Part shown: positions 19,096-27,901 of the stretch, in pieces | Position numbering within the stretch: the stretch's first letter is position 1 | Layout of the letters: the number at the start of each line of letters is the position of its first letter | Assembly: GCA_015228935.1 (NCBI GenBank) | Contig: JADGCO010000004.1 | Span: 12,084 to 76,083 of the forward strand | Direction: 5' to 3' | From: Magnetococcales bacterium | GTDB lineage: Bacteria; Pseudomonadota; Magnetococcia; Magnetococcales; DC0425bin3 | DNA: 64,000 bases | Position numbers and translations under genes: made by a program | Notes under the pieces: generated by a model | What the model was told of the DNA's origin: nothing | What the model saw: the letters and a program-made list of their open reading frames with translations, nothing else | Databases searched by the model: none

Positions 19096-20259
19096 ATGGG
19101 AACAGCAGAAAGTTCAAACAAGGATCTCGAAACAAGAGAAAATTCCGGCAAGCCGGTACTCTTGATCGTCGATGATGTTCCAGCCAACATCAAAACGCTG
19201 GTTTCCATTCTCTCCAGTGAATGCAAAATCCTGGTTGCCACCCATGGCCTGGCCGGTCTGGAAACAGCAAAATCAAAGCACATTGATCTGATTCTTCTGG
19301 ATATCCTGATGCCAGAGATGGATGGCTTTGAAGTCTGCAAAAGATTGAAGGCCCATGCGCCTACCCGCCATATTCCGATCATCTTCATTACGGGACTTGG
19401 AGAGCCGGAAAGTGAAAAAATGGGGTTGGAACTGGGTGCTGTTGATTACATTACCAAACCATTCAATCCCGCCGTGGTCAAGGTCAGGGTCAACAACCAT
19501 CTTGTCCTCCAGGCAACATTGAGGCAACTTGAAAGACAAAACAAGGCCCTTTCCGATGCGGAAAAATTGCGCGTTCAAGTGGAACAGATCACCCGCCATG
19601 ACATGAAATCACCCTTGAATGGCATTATCGGCTTTACCGAACTTTTGTTGGAAGATGATGATATTTCAGAAGAGAATAAAAAATCGTTAATGATCATCCG
19701 CCAGGATGCCTACAGATCATTGCATATGATCAACCTTTCCCTGGGACTTTATCGCATGGAACAGGGCATCTACGATTTGAAACCCGGTGATGTGGATCTG
19801 ATTGCCGTTTTGAAAAACGTCCATCAAGACATGGATGGGTTGATCAGAACCATGAAAATTGATATTATTATCCTTGTCCAGGAACGACCAGCCCGATTGG
19901 ATGAACATTTTATTGTCTGGGGGGAAGAAATACTCTGTTATTCAGTTTTAGCCAATCTGATAAAAAATTCGGTGGAAGCTTCTCCCAGGAATGCAACAAT
20001 TACGATCACCTTGCGGGAAGAAGAAAGCATGAATACCGTGACCATTCATAATCAGGGAAGCGTTCCGGAATCTATTCGGGACCGTTTTTTTGAAAAGTGC
20101 GTGACACATGGAAAAAAAATGGGAACCGGACTGGGAACTTATTCGGCCAAGTTGATCACCGAAGCTCAGGGGGGTAGCATTGAGCTGGCACCTGCCAATG
20201 AATTGAACGAAACGACCCTCATCGTCCATCTGCCCAGGAAACCGCTCAACCAAGCCTGA
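19096..20259 (+). CDS. Response regulator-histidine kinase fusion (REC-HisKA-HATPase_c)
   Basis: Receiver LLIVDDVPANI...DLILLDILMPEMDGFEVCKRLK, H-box ITRHDMKSPLNGIIGF, G2 GTGLGTYSAKLI. I chose ATG 19096. The ORF track starts at TTG 19066. Confidence 0.85.
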   Translation: MGTAESSNKDLETRENSGKPVLLIVDDVPANIKTLVSILSSECKILVATHGLAGLETAKSKHIDLILLDILMPEMDGFEVCKRLKAHAPTRHIPIIFITGLGEPESEKMGLELGAVDYITKPFNPAVVKVRVNNHLVLQATLRQLERQNKALSDAEKLRVQVEQITRHDMKSPLNGIIGFTELLLEDDDISEENKKSLMIIRQDAYRSLHMINLSLGLYRMEQGIYDLKPGDVDLIAVLKNVHQDMDGLIRTMKIDIIILVQERPARLDEHFIVWGEEILCYSVLANLIKNSVEASPRNATITITLREEESMNTVTIHNQGSVPESIRDRFFEKCVTHGKKMGTGLGTYSAKLITEAQGGSIELAPANELNETTLIVHLPRKPLNQA

Positions 20260-20344
20260 ATATCGTCGGAATCCAGGCCTGAATATCGTCGGAAATCAGA
20301 ACATCCGCGCTGCGATCCAGATTGTATCAGGAGGGGGGACAAGG

Positions 20345-22987
20345 ATGAGTTATCTGAAGAAAATTCAAATCAGCACGGGAATCAGTTGGGTTGAAGCGCC
20401 AGATGCCGACATGCGCATCCTGTGTGGTTGTCCAGCCGACAGTGTCAAACACCTGATGAAACGAGGATTGATTCTTTCCACCGAAAAAAACGGTGCCCAC
20501 TTTGAAACCGGTCCCAACGCCATTCTGCTGGCCGATACCCTGTTGCAAAACGGCGATTTTTCCAACCTGGCCGAGTTTCCTGTTCTGCAAATGCTCTATC
20601 GACAGGGAATGATCATTCCCGGACATCCCAATAACTCCGGGATCAAACCCCTGCTGATTGGTATCCGGGAACAGGTCAACTCCCAGATGGAGTACATCCA
20701 CCGGGGTAATTATGGGCTGGTAACCGAAGCCGAAATGCTGGCCGCCGGTGCCACACCAGCGCTCGCCCGTGAAATGTTGGCACTCAAGCTGAAATTTGCC
20801 TTTGGTAAAATACGCCCCCCCAAGGATTTTTTGGACGTGTGTGTGGTGGGTGATCAATTGGTGGAGATTCGTAATGGCTTGTTCATCCGCCGGTTGCGAA
20901 CCAATTTATACGAATTCAGTTTCCGGGGGGAAACGGTCAGCGTGGATTTGCATTTGTCGTCCCATGAAAATTATCAATCCCCCTATCCCATGGGTTTCCA
21001 CAAAATCCCCCGGGACTATTTTTCCATCATTCATTCCGGCGAAGGCGATGGCTGGGATATCAATCGCCCCAGCATGGGCAGCATCCTTGTTTTTCAAGGC
21101 AGGATATATCTGATTGACGCCGGACCCAATATTCAGAATACACTTCTGGCCCTGGGGATTGGCATCAACGAGGTGGATGGAATTTTTCATACCCACTCCC
21201 ACGATGACCATATGGCCGGGCTGACCAGCCTGATCCGTGCCGATCATCGTATTAAATATTATGCCACATCCCTGGTGCGCAGATCCGTCACCCTGAAACT
21301 GGCCGCACTCGTGGGCATGGATCCGGAAAAATTCACGGATTTTTTTGCAGTTCACGACCTGCAAGCCGAAGTGTGGAACCCTGTCGATGGCCTGTATGTA
21401 AAGCCTTTATATTCGCCACATCCGGTTGAAACAACTGTTTTTTATTTTCGCACGCCCGGCGAGGACGGATACCGTTCCTATGCCCATCTGGCCGATATCA
21501 TCTCCCTGAAACTTCTCCAGGAAATGACCACGCCAACAGTCGGGAGCGGATCAGACTCGAATCATCCCCTGGTGCCGGCCTTGCTGGAGCGTGTACGCAA
21601 CAATTATTTCATGCCGGCGGATGTCAAAAAACTGGATATCGGCGGCGGCATGATCCATGGCGTTGCCGAGGATTTTCGCGATGACACTTCCAAAAAGGTG
21701 ATTCTGGCCCATACGTCTCAGCCATTCACCGATCAACAGAAAGAGATTGGATCTGGCGCGCCTTTCGGGACCGTGGATTTATTGATTCCGGCCTATCGAG
21801 ACTATTGGGGAACGTTCGCCAAGGATTTTCTGCGCGTTTACTTTCCAACGGTCGCCATTCATCAGTTGGCCATGTTGTTGAATAATCCCCTGGTGGAATT
21901 CAATCCTCATACCATTATTCTCAAGGCAAAACAAATTCCGGAAAATTTGTTCCTCATCCTTTCTGGAACCGTGGAAATCATTCAATCAACATCGCGCTCG
22001 TCACGTGGTCTGCTCTATGCCGGGACCCTGGTGGGAGAAATCGCCGGCCTTTTTCAGGTCCAGTCCATTCAAACGTTTCGCACGGCCAGTTTTGTTCAGG
22101 CCTTGCGTATTCCTGTATCATTATATACAAGATTCATCAATGAAAACGCCCTGGGTCCCAGGATTGAACAATTGATGAAGATTCGCGAACCTTTGAAAGG
22201 AACGTGGTTATTCAATGAAGGCATTTCAGATCCGGTTTACGATCAGATTGCCAGCCATACGGCAGTACACACCTTGAAGACTGGCTTGATTCTGAATGAA
22301 ATCAATCCAAAAAGCATTTATATCGTGGCTCAGGGACACCTCGAACGCCAATTGGGGCAGGATACTCTTGAAGTTCTGGAAGAGGGCGAATTTTTCAATG
22401 AAGAAACAGCCGTTTTTGGAATCCCGGCCATATTTCATATCCGGACCATTGAACAAAGTACCCTTTACGAAATTCCCTGGGATCATCTGCACCATATTCC
22501 CATTATCCAATGGAAAATATTTGAAACTCACGAAAAACGCAAAAAAATGGTTTTGCATTGTTCGACGAACGGTCCTTCGGCCTTTCAATGGCATGATGAG
22601 TTCAGTGTTGATGTCAAGGATTTGGATATTCACCATCAAAAAATGTTTCAGATGGGTGCCAAGCTGTATTTTGGCTTGAAAAATTCAGATTCCACCTTGC
22701 GCTTGCAGGAGATTTCTAACTTTCTGATCAGTTACACTGAATTTCATTTTCAAACTGAAGAAAAATACCTGCTTTGCCGTGGCTACCCAGAAGTCAAAGC
22801 ACATCAGGAACAACATAATATTTTGAGTATCTCTTTGCAGAACATGTTAAATCAAATGGCCCGGGAAGACTGGAAAAATGGTGATGAGTTTCTTGAATTT
22901 TTCCAGGGATGGCTTATTGACCATATTTTGCATGAAGATCGTAAATACGCCTTCTACCTTGCAAATACGGCACTACAGTCTGGTTGA
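20345..22987 (+). CDS. Multidomain protein: unknown N-terminal domain, MBL-fold hydrolase, two cyclic-nucleotide-binding-like domains, C-terminal hemerythrin
   Basis: MBL motif HTHSHDDHMAGL (nt about 21187-21222). cNMP-binding-like FLILSGTVEIIQS...LVGEIAGLF and IYIVAQGHLERQ...EGEFFNEE. Hemerythrin-like tail FQWHDEFSVDVKDLDIHHQKMF...FHFQTEEKYL...HQEQHNIL...WLIDHILHEDRKY. Confidence 0.8.
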   Translation: MSYLKKIQISTGISWVEAPDADMRILCGCPADSVKHLMKRGLILSTEKNGAHFETGPNAILLADTLLQNGDFSNLAEFPVLQMLYRQGMIIPGHPNNSGIKPLLIGIREQVNSQMEYIHRGNYGLVTEAEMLAAGATPALAREMLALKLKFAFGKIRPPKDFLDVCVVGDQLVEIRNGLFIRRLRTNLYEFSFRGETVSVDLHLSSHENYQSPYPMGFHKIPRDYFSIIHSGEGDGWDINRPSMGSILVFQGRIYLIDAGPNIQNTLLALGIGINEVDGIFHTHSHDDHMAGLTSLIRADHRIKYYATSLVRRSVTLKLAALVGMDPEKFTDFFAVHDLQAEVWNPVDGLYVKPLYSPHPVETTVFYFRTPGEDGYRSYAHLADIISLKLLQEMTTPTVGSGSDSNHPLVPALLERVRNNYFMPADVKKLDIGGGMIHGVAEDFRDDTSKKVILAHTSQPFTDQQKEIGSGAPFGTVDLLIPAYRDYWGTFAKDFLRVYFPTVAIHQLAMLLNNPLVEFNPHTIILKAKQIPENLFLILSGTVEIIQSTSRSSRGLLYAGTLVGEIAGLFQVQSIQTFRTASFVQALRIPVSLYTRFINENALGPRIEQLMKIREPLKGTWLFNEGISDPVYDQIASHTAVHTLKTGLILNEINPKSIYIVAQGHLERQLGQDTLEVLEEGEFFNEETAVFGIPAIFHIRTIEQSTLYEIPWDHLHHIPIIQWKIFETHEKRKKMVLHCSTNGPSAFQWHDEFSVDVKDLDIHHQKMFQMGAKLYFGLKNSDSTLRLQEISNFLISYTEFHFQTEEKYLLCRGYPEVKAHQEQHNILSISLQNMLNQMAREDWKNGDEFLEFFQGWLIDHILHEDRKYAFYLANTALQSG

Positions 22988-23042
22988 CAGGACATGCAAC
23001 CCTGTAATATGTCTAACTAGAATATTTTTTATTTGAGGATTT

Positions 23043-23444
23043 ATGATGCGCATCTTGATTGCCGACGATGAACTGTCCAATCGTATCATCATGAAAAAAA
23101 TCCTTGCTCCTTATGGGGAATGTACCCTGGTGGAAAACGGCAAGGAAGCGGTGGAAATATTCAAACAGGCCCTGGAAGATAAAGTTTCGTTCGATCTGGT
23201 TTGTCTGGATATCATGATGCCTATCGTTGATGGTCTGCTGGCCCTGCAAAAAATCCGTACCATTGAAGCATGGAATGGTATTTCTGAGGAAAATGAAGTC
23301 ACCATTTTCATAGTAACTTCCGTCGATACCGCAGAAACCGTATTGCGGGCATTCATGAAGGGCGGATGCACGGATTACATCAATAAACCGGTCTCTCGTG
23401 AACGAATTATACAAAAATTACGTGAACACAAGATCATACCTTGA
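23043..23444 (+). CDS. Single-domain response regulator (CheY-like)
   Basis: 133 aa ORF with ILIADDELSNRII...DLVCLDIMMPIVDG...DYINKP. Confidence 0.85.
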   Translation: MMRILIADDELSNRIIMKKILAPYGECTLVENGKEAVEIFKQALEDKVSFDLVCLDIMMPIVDGLLALQKIRTIEAWNGISEENEVTIFIVTSVDTAETVLRAFMKGGCTDYINKPVSRERIIQKLREHKIIP

Positions 23445-23477
23445 ATGTATCGAGATGTACCCGACGATCAGGACCTG

Positions 23478-24425
23478 TCATGCAGCGTCATGTGCTTCTT
23501 GATCCACTTTGGCCAATTGATCCAGAATTGCCTGGATAATACGGTCGGGTTGGAATTTAGGGATGAAATCATCCGCCCCCATTTGTTTGGCTTTATAAGC
23601 ATTTGACTGGTTGCTCAATGAACTGTGCAGGGCCAAATGAATCTTTGACAGATGCGGATTGGATTTTACTTTGCGGGTAAAGGTGAAACCATCCATGATA
23701 GGCATTTCAATATCGGAGAGAATCAGAGTGTAAGGACACACTCCACCGTTTTCAATGGTCTTTTCAAGAATTTTTAATGCTTTTTCGGCATTTTCTGCCA
23801 ACGTGTGCCGGATTCCTATCTGGTCCAGTGCTGAACTGATCAATTGCCGTGCGGCACGTGAATCATCCACGGCCAGAATTTGGTGATCTTTACGGACGAC
23901 CTGGTTGGCTTTTTCCAACAGGTCATCGGAAACCTTATCTTCTATTCCTATGATTTCACTCAGGATTTTTTCCACATCCAAAATCTGAATGGGTTTGTCC
24001 CCTTCGTAGGTGATGGCAGTCAGAAAACTGTCATCGTAAACCTCACCTTCGGGACTGATGATATCGTCCCAGCTTTTGTGGACCAGATGATTCGGCTGGG
24101 AAATCAGAAAACCCTGGACTGACGTACTGTATTCACACACCATGACGTAGCTGATAACATTTCCAAAATCAAGCGGTTCCAATCCAAGGGCGTGGGAAAG
24201 GTCAATCAATGATATGGCTGAACCACGGAAATCGATGGTTCCCTTGATGGCCGGGTGGGACTGTGGAATGCGTGTGACCTGCTTTGGACACTCCAATATT
24301 TCAATGATCTTGAAAACATTCAGACCGTACAATTGGCCATCAGTCAGGAAAAAAGTCAGCATCTCCATTTCGTTGCTGAAAGCCAGATTGGTTCTCTGGT
24401 TGACTTCCGACATCAGGTCACTCAT
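23478..24425 (-). CDS. cheV: Chemotaxis coupling protein CheV (CheW domain + receiver)
   Basis: CheW-like LTFFLTDGQLYGLNVFKIIEI...IKGTIDFRGSAISLIDL, then receiver ILAVDDSRAARQL...LILSDIEMPIMDG. I chose ATG 24425 (MSDLMSEV), which has a GGAGAG ribosome-binding site. Confidence 0.85.
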   Translation of the reverse strand: MSDLMSEVNQRTNLAFSNEMEMLTFFLTDGQLYGLNVFKIIEILECPKQVTRIPQSHPAIKGTIDFRGSAISLIDLSHALGLEPLDFGNVISYVMVCEYSTSVQGFLISQPNHLVHKSWDDIISPEGEVYDDSFLTAITYEGDKPIQILDVEKILSEIIGIEDKVSDDLLEKANQVVRKDHQILAVDDSRAARQLISSALDQIGIRHTLAENAEKALKILEKTIENGGVCPYTLILSDIEMPIMDGFTFTRKVKSNPHLSKIHLALHSSLSNQSNAYKAKQMGADDFIPKFQPDRIIQAILDQLAKVDQEAHDAA

Positions 24426-24698
24426 GTTGCTCTCTCCCCGATTGCATCTGGATACGACTTTATCCATCACCCTTTTGCCACCACGCATCCTTCATCTTAG
24501 CAGAGGTCGTTTCCCTTTTAAATGATTATCATGAATCCCGCTTTTCGAGTCTGCCGAGGCTGGAACCGGGTGGCAGGGTCCGTCGCCACGCCAGTCAGGA
24601 AATACAACCAGACACAATTAATTTGTAACAATTCAGACCGAAGTGTGGCACAATGGGCACCAGGGTGAAGAGGAAACTATCATGGGTGCAAGCGAAAT

Positions 24699-26129
24699 AT
24701 GAAAACAAGTCACACGATTCTGCTGGTCGAAGATAGCGAATCCATGGCTGCTGTCTACATGGGATATATGTATGCCGAACCCTGGCAGGTCACTCACGTC
24801 AGGACTGGTCAGGAGGCTCTGGATATTCTTGGACAGGCCCCGCCGGATCTGCTGCTCCTGGATTTGAAACTACCTGATATCAATGGTATGGAAATCCTCA
24901 AGCATATCCACAAGGAATCCCTGCCTGTCTCTGTGGTGATCATCACCGGATACGGCTCCGTGGATATGGCCGTCGAGGCTTTGCATCTGGGAGCTTGCGA
25001 TTTTCTTGAAAAACCATTCTCAGCCAACAGGTTACTCGTTACCCTGAAAAACTCCCTGGAACACCGGCGTCTTTCCACACTGGTACATGATTACCGAAAA
25101 AATTTTGACCGACAGGATTTTCAGGGATTCATCGGTTCCTCAACCGTCATGCAGGGAATCTACCGGATTATCGAAAGTGCCGCTTCGAGTCGGGCCACAG
25201 TGTTGATCACCGGTGAATCCGGCAGTGGCAAAGAAATTTGTGCCGAGGCAGTCCATCGCCTGAGTCCACGCCGCAGCAAATCCCTGGTGGCAATCAATTG
25301 TGCAGCCATACCCCGGGATTTGATGGAAAGTGAAATTTTCGGTCATGTACGTGGTTCTTTCAGTGGTGCCATCAGCGATCGCGAAGGGGCCGCAACCCGT
25401 GCCCACGGCGGATCCCTCTTTCTGGACGAAATTTGTGAGTTGGATTTCGAGCTGCAAGGCAAGCTGTTGCGCTTCGTTCAGACCGGAACCTTCCAAAAAG
25501 TGGGCAGTAACCATATGGAAAATGTGGATATTCGTTTCATCTGTGCCACCAACAAGGATCCCTGGCAAGAGGTCCAGGCCGGACATTTTCGGGAGGATTT
25601 GTTTTTCCGCTTGAATGTCATCCCCATCCAACTGCCCGCCCTGCGGGAACGCGGTCAGGATGTGCTGTTGATCGCCAAAAAATTTCTGGAACTCTATTCC
25701 CAGGAAGAAGGAAAAAAATTCAAGGCCTTTTCACCTGAAGCCGAACGTTTGTTGCTGGAAAATCCCTGGCCAGGGAATGTCCGTCAATTGCAAAACATCA
25801 TTCGCCGGAGCGTGGTCCTGAACAATGGCGAAATGATTGTGCCATCCATGTTGCCGCCCGAGATATACAATATACCCTCTTCCCCTGTCCAATCCGGTCT
25901 GGAACCAATGGATCGGTATGCGAACAAAAATACCTCCGTCCGTTCGGACGCAACAACTCCAAAAGACTCGGATGCCATTATGCCTCTTTGGCAAGTTGAA
26001 ATGGATGCCATTGAAAAGGCAATTCGTTTGTGTGGCGGCAATGTTCCTCAGGCAGCTTCACGTCTGGAGATCAATCCTTCTACCATTTATCGCAAAAGGG
26101 CACGTTATAAACAAATGCCGGACTCTTGA
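24699..26129 (+). CDS. Sigma54-dependent response regulator (NtrC/AtoC family)
   Basis: Receiver ILLVEDSES...DLLLLDLKLPDINGMEI, AAA+ Walker A GESGSGKE, ESEIFGH, GSFSGA loop and a C-terminal Fis-type HTH GNVPQAASRLEINPSTIYRK. Confidence 0.9.
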   Translation: MKTSHTILLVEDSESMAAVYMGYMYAEPWQVTHVRTGQEALDILGQAPPDLLLLDLKLPDINGMEILKHIHKESLPVSVVIITGYGSVDMAVEALHLGACDFLEKPFSANRLLVTLKNSLEHRRLSTLVHDYRKNFDRQDFQGFIGSSTVMQGIYRIIESAASSRATVLITGESGSGKEICAEAVHRLSPRRSKSLVAINCAAIPRDLMESEIFGHVRGSFSGAISDREGAATRAHGGSLFLDEICELDFELQGKLLRFVQTGTFQKVGSNHMENVDIRFICATNKDPWQEVQAGHFREDLFFRLNVIPIQLPALRERGQDVLLIAKKFLELYSQEEGKKFKAFSPEAERLLLENPWPGNVRQLQNIIRRSVVLNNGEMIVPSMLPPEIYNIPSSPVQSGLEPMDRYANKNTSVRSDATTPKDSDAIMPLWQVEMDAIEKAIRLCGGNVPQAASRLEINPSTIYRKRARYKQMPDS

Positions 26130-26150
26130 TCATTATACATGAACGCTTGC

Positions 26151-26199
26151 CCGGTTTTTCATTCGTTTTTTGAAATGAACAAGTTATTAAACAGCCTCT
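26151..26199 (+). repeat. Fragment of the intergenic repeat family (copy D, no main hairpin)
   Basis: CCGGTTTTTCATTCGTTTTTTGAAATGAACAAGTTATTAAACAGCCTCT is the near reverse complement of copy A 6301-6353 (TCAGAGGCTGTCTAATAATTTGTTAATTTTAAAAAAAACGAATGAAAAACTGG). Confidence 0.55.
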
Positions 26200-26243
26200 A
26201 AAAGAAAGAAAAAAAAGAGGGGGAAGAACTGCTTTTCCCCCTC
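26200..26243 (-). terminator. Rho-independent terminator of the oxidoreductase operon
   Basis: 9 bp stem GAGGGGGAA / TTCCCCCTC (26217-26243). On the reverse strand it is followed by a U-run (A-run 26200-26216 on +), 27 nt after the stop at 26270. Confidence 0.7.
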
Positions 26244-26269
26244 CTTGTGCAGGTTTTCGCAAGGTTGGA

Positions 26270-27901
26270 CTAGATGTTTTCCAATTGGATCTTGATGGCA
26301 CCGCAAGGACATTCGCGGACGCACAATCCACACCCTTTGCAGTAATCGTACTTGAATTCAAAACGCCGTCCGGGTCCAAGCTTGATGATCGAGTTGTCCG
26401 GGCAAACGCTGTAGCAGTTGTCACACTCAAAGCAGTTACCGCAGGAGAGGCAGCGCCGCGCTTCGAAAAGCGCGTTGCTTTCGTCCAGATTGCCCAACAC
26501 CTCCTCGAAACCCGACTGTCTGCGAATCAAATCCAACGTGGGTTGGACAGTCTTCGGGGCATCATCGTAGTACCAGGGGTTGAGATTTTCAAAGGTGGCA
26601 ATTTCATGCTTTTTGGGCGGGGCATACTGGACGCCGCGCAGGAAGGCATCAATATTGCGGGCCGCTTTTTTGCCATGTCCCACCGCAGTGGTCATGGTGC
26701 GATTGGAAGGCACCATGTCACCACCGGCAAATACTCCGGCACGTCCAGTCATCATATGTTCGTCAACGATCAGATTGCCTTCGCTGAATTTGATGCCTGA
26801 AACATTTTGCAGGAACGGGGCCTGGACATCCTGGCCGAGCGCGAGAACGATGGAATCGGCCTCCAGATATTCCATTTGACCGGTTGGTTGCGGCCAGCCG
26901 GTGTCGTCGAGGACCATTTTGTCGAGGATGACAAACCCCTCCTTGACTTCACTGACCCGGCGCAGACATTCCAGTTTGACGCCTTCTTCAAGGGCTTCCC
27001 TGATTTCAAAGTCGTGGGCGGGCATGCGCTCCCTGGTGCGGCGGTAGGCAATGGTAACCTGACCGCCCAGGCGAATGGCAGAACGGGCGGCATCGATGGC
27101 AACGTTACCACCGCCGATGACGACAACCCGTTTGCCCATGTCCGGAACGTTTTCACCCAATTCGAGCTGGCGCAACACATCGATGGCATACAAGGCCTTG
27201 ATGGAACCATCGGAATTGAGTTTCTGGGTTTTGGCCAATTGCGCCCCGACGGCAATGAAGGCAGCATCAAAACCGCCGTCTCGCATGGTGGCGTCCAGAT
27301 CCTGAACCGGGGAGTTGAGCATGATGCGCACGCCCAGGGCCTCGATGCGGGAAATTTCGGCTTCCAGGACAGAGGTTGGCAGGCGGTAGCGGGGAATGCC
27401 ATAGCGCATCAAGCCACCGGCTTTGGGAGCGGCCTCGTGAATGACCACCTTGTGTCCGAGAAGCGTGAGGTGATAGGCCGCAGAAAGTCCACCAGGTCCG
27501 GAACCGACCACCAGAATTTTCTTGCCTGTCGGCTGACTTTCCAGGCGAACGATCCACCCCTTGTCGATGGCGAGATCGCCCAGAAAACGCTCCACGGCAT
27601 GAATGCCGACCGTCTCATCCAGGTGGCCACGATTGCAGGCATTTTCACACGTATGATAACAGGCACGGCCCATGATGGCAGGCATGGGATTGTTACGCAT
27701 GATTTCCATCCAGGCGGAGTGATAATCTCCCTCCTCGGCGTGGAAAAGCCACTTTTGAATATTTTCGCCTGCCGGGCAGGTGTCGTTGCAGGGGGGCATC
27801 CGGTCCAGGTAAACGGGACGGAAGGTCCGCCAGGAGCCGGTATGGTTGGAAAGGCTGGAACCAGGATCCAGCGTGATGGCGAAAGGTTTGATCATGGTCA
27901 T
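26270..27901 (-). CDS. GltD/NfnB-like NAD(P)H oxidoreductase fused to a 2x[4Fe-4S] ferredoxin (delta-subunit-like) module
   Basis: 543 aa ORF. N-terminal Cys-rich GltD-like region (PPCNDTCPAGENIQ...CYHTCENACNRG), Rossmann ILVVGSGPGGLSAAYHL, second dinucleotide site VVVIGGGNVAIDAAR. C-terminal CLSCGNCFECDNCYSVCP...CKGCGLCVRECPCGA. Confidence 0.8.
   Translation of the reverse strand: MTMIKPFAITLDPGSSLSNHTGSWRTFRPVYLDRMPPCNDTCPAGENIQKWLFHAEEGDYHSAWMEIMRNNPMPAIMGRACYHTCENACNRGHLDETVGIHAVERFLGDLAIDKGWIVRLESQPTGKKILVVGSGPGGLSAAYHLTLLGHKVVIHEAAPKAGGLMRYGIPRYRLPTSVLEAEISRIEALGVRIMLNSPVQDLDATMRDGGFDAAFIAVGAQLAKTQKLNSDGSIKALYAIDVLRQLELGENVPDMGKRVVVIGGGNVAIDAARSAIRLGGQVTIAYRRTRERMPAHDFEIREALEEGVKLECLRRVSEVKEGFVILDKMVLDDTGWPQPTGQMEYLEADSIVLALGQDVQAPFLQNVSGIKFSEGNLIVDEHMMTGRAGVFAGGDMVPSNRTMTTAVGHGKKAARNIDAFLRGVQYAPPKKHEIATFENLNPWYYDDAPKTVQPTLDLIRRQSGFEEVLGNLDESNALFEARRCLSCGNCFECDNCYSVCPDNSIIKLGPGRRFEFKYDYCKGCGLCVRECPCGAIKIQLENI

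Noticed and set aside
24641-24660. TGGCAC-containing sequence upstream of the sigma54 activator gene (TGGCACAATGGGCAC); similar TGGCAT at about 30799 and TGGCACCGGCACCGC at about 49049
   Set aside because: The GG-to-GC spacing is wrong by 2 nt at 24641 and 30799. At 49049 the spacing fits, but the -12 element is CCGC rather than TTGC, and it lies about 290 nt from the nearest start. This is not convincing as a sigma54 promoter.
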